Shown here piece after piece: positions 58,479 to 64,000 of a stretch of DNA of 64,000 bases. The stretch covers positions 608,001-672,000 of the forward strand of contig CAXXTH010000017.1 of NCBI GenBank assembly GCA_963668025.2, in the 5' to 3' direction. The translations under genes were made by a program, and so were the position numbers. Under the pieces are notes generated by a model. It was given only the letters and a program-made list of their open reading frames with translations, did not search any database and had not been told where the DNA came from. The number at the start of each line of letters is the position of its first letter. The first letter of the stretch is position 1. This stretch comes from Candidatus Hydrogenedentota bacterium. Its GTDB lineage: Bacteria > Hydrogenedentota > Hydrogenedentia > Hydrogenedentales > SLHB01.

Positions 58479-59279
58479 CATGTCTACTAGACATATCAAA
58501 ACTCCGCACCAGAAAACGAGAAAGAAATCATATGTAAAATAAAATAAAAATGCTTAATAGAAGATTATAAATTTATTTGACAATATATTACTTGTTTGCA
58601 TTTTCTTTCACCGGTCCTGAAAACCCATCCTCGTTAGTTCCGGGCTTTTAGAAAGGCTGCCCAGTTTTAATGAAAAGACAAGGATGCTTGTCATTTCGCG
58701 AGCATTGATGGCGAAAGATAGATTCAGAAAAAAACTATTCCTTCATTTTGGAAAAGGCCCTCAAATTCGAGTGGCCAACGAAATGAAAAGCAGCCGCACC
58801 TGAAGCGGATTATTTGCCCTCCGTGGCCATTCCAAAGGAGCAGGCGTGAAAAATCCAACCTTCCCCACCTCAGTTTTTACTTCAGTTCGCCGTGTATATC
58901 ATACAGCATTTTCCCTGATTTCATGTTGAGTCATGCTGGATTTTGCGGGTAAATCCATCCTTCCCTTTCTCATGCCTTGTTGAAGGCATATACCCATCTT
59001 TTTGCGCTTTTTCCAAAACAGCACGCCAGCATGGACATGTTTAATTATGCAACAAACCTTATGCGGGTGCTTCTGTAGGAGAGGAAGCATCCATATCATG
59101 TGGGCATGTCCTGATAAACACTAGAATATTTCGCCAGAATCAAACATATAAAGGGCTGCTTACTGGATTAAACGCATAATGCCTCGCTATCTAGAATCTC
59201 ATTTACAGATAAAGAATATCCCATATGTCATGTAAGCAAGCAGAGAGCATTCGCATCGAAACTTCCCGCAGATCATGGA

Positions 59280-59347
59280 TGCACAAAAATGTACGTCCAT
59301 ACCGGTGTAAATCTGCTTTTGATCAGTGTTTGCACAAAAATGTACGT
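59280..59347. promoter_or_regulatory. Pair of identical 17-bp operator-like direct repeats
   Basis: TGCACAAAAATGTACGT at 59280-59296 and 59331-59347. Confidence 0.7.
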
Positions 59348-59381
59348 GAAAATCCAGGGGTATGCCCTCCAAAACATATCC

Positions 59382-59410
59382 TTGCCAATGCGCACTCGCT
59401 TTGGTACACT
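59382..59410 (+). promoter_or_regulatory. sigma70 promoter giving a leaderless mRNA
   Basis: TTGCCA-N17-TACACT with extended TG; ATG 7 nt after the -10 box; no SD. Confidence 0.7.
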
Positions 59411-59417
59411 GATGTGC

Positions 59418-59972
59418 ATGGAAACTAAACTATACGTTGCAAATCGAGTCCGGGAGATTCGCTGCCGCTTACGGATGAGGCAGCAAGATCTAGCGGATCA
59501 GGTTGGTGTAAGCCGGCAAACGATCATTTCCATTGAGCGCGGGCGCTTGTTTAATCCGACGGTGCATACCTGCTTGATGCTATCGCGCGTGCTCCGCGAA
59601 CCTGTGGATTTTTTGTTTTACCTGGTGCCTCATCATGCCGCCATTCAACAGGAAGCGTTTCCTGAGCCCAAAGAAGGAGCGCATGATTTGCGCGCGCCTG
59701 ATGATCAGTCCGCCTTGAACACGGATACTCCTCTTGAATCGTTTGCGGAACGAAATGAACCCCAAGCAGAAGCTGCTCCCGTTCGCTCCTCGGGATATGG
59801 CGCGGATGCTTTGCAAGCGGAATCCAATGCGGAGAAGCCATTCCACACACCCCAGTACGAATATGCTCAAAATGAAAATAAAGATATTTCTTCGGAAGAG
59901 CCGAAGTTGCCTTCTGAAGAAGAAAATGAGGAGCCTATCGCACAAACGGTGTGGGATTTTTCGAGGGCATAA
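59418..59972 (+). CDS. XRE-family HTH regulator with a long acidic low-complexity tail
   Basis: NRVREIR..MRQQDLADQVGVSRQTIISIERG..NPT; E/P/A-rich tail ending QTVWDFSRA. Confidence 0.85.
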   Translation: METKLYVANRVREIRCRLRMRQQDLADQVGVSRQTIISIERGRLFNPTVHTCLMLSRVLREPVDFLFYLVPHHAAIQQEAFPEPKEGAHDLRAPDDQSALNTDTPLESFAERNEPQAEAAPVRSSGYGADALQAESNAEKPFHTPQYEYAQNENKDISSEEPKLPSEEENEEPIAQTVWDFSRA

Positions 59973-60037
59973 TAAGGCGGCAGGACTGGGAGCGACGCGC
60001 CTGTTCTTTGACGGCGGGAACGAGGTATATAAACAAG

Positions 60038-61021
60038 ATGGACATCCGAGAGCAAATTGAGAAAATCGACAGCTTATCTCTAGGTTTCCAGCATTCGCAA
60101 ATCTTGTTCACCGCCCTTCGGGCAGGCGTATTCCCGTTGCTCGATACGCCCCGCACGGCCCCAGAAATGGCCCAGCTCTTGGGCTGGAGTGAGCGGGGAA
60201 CCCGAATGCTCTTGAACGCCTTGGCGGCGCTTGAGCTTCTTACGATTCAAGAAGGCCAGTACCAGAATACCGAGACAGCCGCCAACTGCCTTGTATCAGG
60301 CGCCCCCGGCGATCAGACCCATATCGCCGCGCACCGGGCGGAAGGATGGGCGGCATGGTCCCGCCTGGCGGAATCCGTACGTACGGGTGGGAGTGTGGTT
60401 CCAGGCGCTCAGGTGCGCAACACCGAACAACTGCGCGCCTTCATCTGCGGCATGTCTGACATCGCCCGTCACAGCGCCCAATCCATTCTGGACGTGTTGG
60501 ACCTATCACCTTATCACCGCCTCCTCGATTTAGGTGCAGGGCCCGGCTCCTATTCCATCGCATTTTTGGAACGCCATCCGGAAATGTGGGCTACCCTTTT
60601 TGACCGCCCGGAGGTATTGGATATCGCCCGTGAAGAAGCTGGGCGAGCGAGTTTGGAAGCGCGCATGAACTTTATGCCGGGGGACCTGTTGCGTGACACA
60701 TTGCCGCCAGGCCATGACCTGATGCTGTTGTCAAACATCCTTCATTCCTTTGGCCCAGATGAAAACGAGTCACTCGTCTCCCGCTGTTATGCCGCTATCG
60801 AGCCAGGCGGCTTGCTCATCATTAAAGATTTTCTTCTCGATAATGACAGCGCAGGCCCGGCATTCGGGCTGTTATTCGCTCTGCAAATGCTGCTCCATAC
60901 CCCTAATGGCGACACGTACTCCGCGGCTCAAGTGGCCGAATGGACCAGCCGAGCTGGGTTTTCGGCGGGCGAACTCCTTTCTCTCACGCCCCACACACGC
61001 CTTTGGCTCGTGCGGAAATAA
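60038..61021 (+). CDS. O-methyltransferase (dimerisation + Methyltransf_2 domains)
   Basis: LLDLGAGPG, LFDRP, PGDLL, LSNILH, GGLLIIKDF. Confidence 0.9.
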   Translation: MDIREQIEKIDSLSLGFQHSQILFTALRAGVFPLLDTPRTAPEMAQLLGWSERGTRMLLNALAALELLTIQEGQYQNTETAANCLVSGAPGDQTHIAAHRAEGWAAWSRLAESVRTGGSVVPGAQVRNTEQLRAFICGMSDIARHSAQSILDVLDLSPYHRLLDLGAGPGSYSIAFLERHPEMWATLFDRPEVLDIAREEAGRASLEARMNFMPGDLLRDTLPPGHDLMLLSNILHSFGPDENESLVSRCYAAIEPGGLLIIKDFLLDNDSAGPAFGLLFALQMLLHTPNGDTYSAAQVAEWTSRAGFSAGELLSLTPHTRLWLVRK

Positions 61022-61183
61022 GGTTTGGCGCGTGAAGACATTGCTTCCCGGACAGAAAAGCATGCCTATGCCAGAAAGGCAATCATTCGCCACACACATC
61101 CATATTCTTTTTTGCCCGACGAAATGGTAAAATAATTAGACTATGAATCCAATATTGATCTGGTTGAGAAAGGCAAGACAACG

Positions 61184-61522
61184 GTGTTTTTTCACAAACG
61201 CAATAAAGCGGTTCCTCCTGAAGTCCGGCAGCAAGCTGGCCAAGACAAGATGGCGCCTTCCGGTTTTTTCCGTATTGATTATGACATGATGCGCAAGGGG
61301 AATATCACCATGCGCAAACGTACGCCCATCCGCCAATTTTGCGTCACGGTGGACGGCGCGTCCCGGCTGGTGACTAGCGGCGACACCGTGGACCGCAAAA
61401 CGTATCTGGCGCTTGTGGCCGCAGGCGCGATTGACCCCATACCGGAAGCAATGCCCTCCCATGCGGAGGAGCACGTTGCCGTACCTATTCTAGAAGCCGA
61501 CGAGCCCATTGACATGCCATGA
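61184..61522 (+). CDS. Hypothetical protein
   Basis: 112-aa ORF filling the intergenic gap with a globular-looking core; no family recognised. Confidence 0.6.
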   Translation: MFFHKRNKAVPPEVRQQAGQDKMAPSGFFRIDYDMMRKGNITMRKRTPIRQFCVTVDGASRLVTSGDTVDRKTYLALVAAGAIDPIPEAMPSHAEEHVAVPILEADEPIDMP

Positions 61523-61650
61523 TGCCGCGCATGAGCACCCATATCTAGCAGGCATTCCACATGCTTGCCGTCATGCTGCGTATACATTGGTAGATGCGGG
61601 AGATAGGGCTGTCTTTAGAACGGCTTAATGCATGTATCCAAACCAGATAC

Positions 61651-61678
61651 TAAAGATTTGTCCGGTTTCCGCCGATAC
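61651..61678 (+). promoter_or_regulatory. sigma28 promoter of the fourth flagellin; CsrA-type hairpin in the leader
   Basis: TAAA-N16-GCCGATAC; leader has TGC-AAGGA-TGCA (~61711-61721) and an AAGGAGGA SD. Confidence 0.8.
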
Positions 61679-61753
61679 ACCAATCGGAATCAGTAAGAGA
61701 TTCCAGCCGATGCAAGGATGCAAAGGCGACAATCATTCAAGGAGGAATGAACC

Positions 61754-62665
61754 GTGGGTCTCCGGATCAATACCAATGTAGCCGCCATCAACGCCGCGCG
61801 CACACTTCAAAAATCCACCCGCGCCCTCAATGTTAGCCTCGAACGTCTTTCTTCAGGGCTTCGTATAAATAGTGCTAAGGATGATGCGGCAGGATTAGCC
61901 ATTTCTGAGGGCTTGCGAACGGTCACCAAAGGTTCAATCGTAGCGCAGCGCAATGTACAAGACGGAATCAGCTTGCTGCAAACCGCGGAAGGCGCTCTGA
62001 CAGAAACCACCAACATGTTGCAGCGAATCCGTGAACTCGCTGTCCAAGCATCCAACGGCACGAATACGACAGATGATCGAGAAGCCATTCAAGCCGAAGT
62101 AGACCAGTTGATCGAACAGATCAATTCGGTTGCCAGGGATACGGAATTCAATGGCATCCGCCCCCTGGACCCTTCTAATACCTTGCAAACAGTGAACACT
62201 GCTCCTGTTTCCACCACCGGAAAGCTGACGCTTCAAGTGGGATTGCGGGAAGGCCAGACGATGCAAATCGATTTGAAAGCGGGAATGTCCGGGATTGGAG
62301 GGTCTTCCGCCGCCGCTCTTCCAGGTGCTGGAACCTTCACGACAATCGCCGATTTGACAACGACAGGCGTCTCTACCCAGGCGAATGCAAGTGAAGCCAT
62401 TACCGCCATCGATAGCGCGATTAGCTACATATCCGATTTACGGGCCCAATTTGGAGCGCAGCAAAACCGGCTCGAATACAACTTGGATACGTTAGCAATC
62501 CAGGAAGAAAACTCATCGGCTTCTGACAGCGCGCTGCGCGACGCCGATATCGCCCGCGAGACCACTAATTTCACCCGAAACCAAATCTTGGTGAGTTCAG
62601 GCACTTCAGTCCTCGCGCAATCGAACGTCATCCCGCAAACCGCATTACAATTGCTGGGACAATAA
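61754..62665 (+). CDS. fliC: Flagellin (divergent fourth paralog)
   Basis: GTG start; INTNVAA..ERLSSGLRINSAKDDAAG; RAQFGAQQNRL. Confidence 0.97.
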   Translation: MGLRINTNVAAINAARTLQKSTRALNVSLERLSSGLRINSAKDDAAGLAISEGLRTVTKGSIVAQRNVQDGISLLQTAEGALTETTNMLQRIRELAVQASNGTNTTDDREAIQAEVDQLIEQINSVARDTEFNGIRPLDPSNTLQTVNTAPVSTTGKLTLQVGLREGQTMQIDLKAGMSGIGGSSAAALPGAGTFTTIADLTTTGVSTQANASEAITAIDSAISYISDLRAQFGAQQNRLEYNLDTLAIQEENSSASDSALRDADIARETTNFTRNQILVSSGTSVLAQSNVIPQTALQLLGQ

Positions 62666-62692
62666 CCAAAAACGGAACAGCACATATACAAG

Positions 62693-62721
62693 AAGGCCCC
62701 TGGAAGCACCAGGGGCCTTTT
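62693..62721 (+). terminator. Rho-independent terminator
   Basis: AAGGCCCCTGG-AAGCA-CCAGGGGCCTT-TT. Confidence 0.85.
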
Positions 62722-62762
62722 ACATAAATAACCGATTCCGCATAGGTAGAAGACGAAAGGTT

Positions 62763-63212
62763 CTAAGCAAGCAGCGTTTTTAGTTCATCCATAAATTCAT
62801 TGAGATCACGGAATTCACGATACACCGAAGCGAACCGTACATACGCCACGCCGTCCAACCGTTTCAATCGGTCCATGACCGCCAAGCCTACTGTCTCCGT
62901 GGAGACTTCGTGTTCACTCGAATTGAATAGGGAGCGTTCCACATCATCAATAAGCGACTCGATCTGCTCCAAACTCACGGGGCGTTTTTCGCAGGATTTG
63001 AGAATGCCGCTTTTGATCTTCCAACGGTCGAAAGGCTCCCGCCTTCCGTCTTTTTTGATGACCATTTGGGCGACTTCTTCGATTCGCTCATACGTCGTGC
63101 AACGGCGGCCGCATTTAAGGCATTCCCGCCGCCTGCGAATGGAATCGCCTTCTTTTGACGCTCGAGAATCAACCACCTTGCTCTCGAGATGCCCGCAAAA
63201 TGGACAGCGCAT
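62763..63212 (-). CDS. nrdR: Transcriptional repressor NrdR
   Basis: [27 protein letters not shown]-cone, [13 protein letters not shown]. Confidence 0.98.
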   Translation of the reverse strand: MRCPFCGHLESKVVDSRASKEGDSIRRRRECLKCGRRCTTYERIEEVAQMVIKKDGRREPFDRWKIKSGILKSCEKRPVSLEQIESLIDDVERSLFNSSEHEVSTETVGLAVMDRLKRLDGVAYVRFASVYREFRDLNEFMDELKTLLA

Positions 63213-63246
63213 TCTAGTGCCTGCTCCTGTTTCTCTCGCTCTAACA

Positions 63247-63292
63247 CCACAATAGGTTCTAATCTAACGCGAGAAGTTTCTACATATTGTGC
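63247..63292. promoter_or_regulatory. NrdR-box-like site(s) upstream of nrdR
   Basis: TTTCTACATATTGTGC (63277-63292) fits the core of acaCwAtATaTwGtgt; weaker copy CCACAATAGGTTCTAA 30 bp away. Confidence 0.5.
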
Positions 63293-63322
63293 ATCACACT
63301 CTAACAGACCTGTGCCTTGGGG

Positions 63323-63871
63323 TCAAGAAAAAAACGAAAGACTCGTTTGTCCATATCGGACGTTACGAACGCATTGAAATCCCGCCCTATCGAGGGGGGG
63401 CTCTTGCCGGGCGTCATGCTCGATGATGATGCATCCTTCCTGCGCCAACACGCCGCCCGCCTGGAGGGCATCCAGCAATGCGGGAAAATCCACCTGCTGA
63501 TAGGGCGGATCGGCAAATACAATGTCGAAAGAGGATTCCCGCCCGCCAATGAGGCCTATTAACCCGTTCGGAAGCGTTCCGGTGATGCAATGCCCTGAGG
63601 AGGCAACCTTTGCGCGCTCGAGGTTCTCATGAATGAGGGCGATGCTGCGCTTGTCATTATCGACAAACACGGACCTGGCGGCTCCACGGCTCAACGCCTC
63701 GATCCCATTGGCCCCTGTTCCTGCATATAAATCTAAAAAGCGGGCACCTGACATTCGAGGTGTTAGGATATTGAATAACGATTCCCGGACCCGGTCTAAC
63801 GTAGGGCGGACTTCTTCTCCTTTTGGCGTAGCGAGCCGGACGCCTCGGGCGGTTCCCGCAATGATCCGCAT
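63323..63871 (-). CDS. rsmD: 16S rRNA m2G966 methyltransferase RsmD
   Basis: MRIIAG..RPTLDRVRESLFNIL, LDLYAGTG, EALSRGA, FADPPY. Confidence 0.96.
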   Translation of the reverse strand: MRIIAGTARGVRLATPKGEEVRPTLDRVRESLFNILTPRMSGARFLDLYAGTGANGIEALSRGAARSVFVDNDKRSIALIHENLERAKVASSGHCITGTLPNGLIGLIGGRESSFDIVFADPPYQQVDFPALLDALQAGGVLAQEGCIIIEHDARQEPPLDRAGFQCVRNVRYGQTSLSFFS

Positions 63872-63909
63872 AGCTACCCCCGATTCCGCATATTCCCACG
63901 GCAAGGGCG

Positions 63910-64000
63910 CTAAGCCCGCGCGACATGGGCAAGAAGACCTGTGAGATGATCAGTGCTGGCAACGGGCTCGGCGCTTACCGAACCGACGATATCCTCGAAA
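63910..64000 (-). CDS. 3' end of an unidentified gene
   Basis: Open frame ...FEDIVGSVSAEPVASTDHLTGLLAHVARA* from the window edge. Confidence 0.3.
   Translation of the reverse strand, partial: FEDIVGSVSAEPVASTDHLTGLLAHVARA

Overview
64 kb of bacterial chromosome, moderately GC-rich, with no rRNA, tRNA, CRISPR array or prophage visible. The taxon cannot be fixed from the sequence. The main blocks are: (i) two Wzm/Wzt surface-glycan export loci, GT2/GT4 glycosyltransferases, a 1374-aa multi-GT protein and rfbD/rfbB; (ii) a partial type II secretion/pseudopilin operon; (iii) four short flagellins, three of them in tandem with flaG behind a consensus sigma28 promoter; (iv) housekeeping genes icd, xerD, metF, rsmA, rsmD, nrdR, ogt, a two-domain PPK2 and a YegD-like Hsp70. 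The most unusual signals are: a ~640-nt GGA-rich non-coding leader on the flagellin operon (candidate cis-encoded CsrA sponge); a double ATP-cone NrdD-like protein lacking its radical-transfer residues and glycyl-radical tail; an ~80-nt sigma54-type transcription unit ending in a C-loop hairpin (candidate sRNA); a Wzt with a duplicated unknown C-terminal domain next to a radical SAM gene; a deaminase fused to a Cys-rich domain; and a 279-bp IS66-like MITE with an 8-bp target duplication. All family assignments are motif recognition by eye, with no database searches. Four +1 frameshifts at 9.6-11.1 kb are probably sequencing errors.
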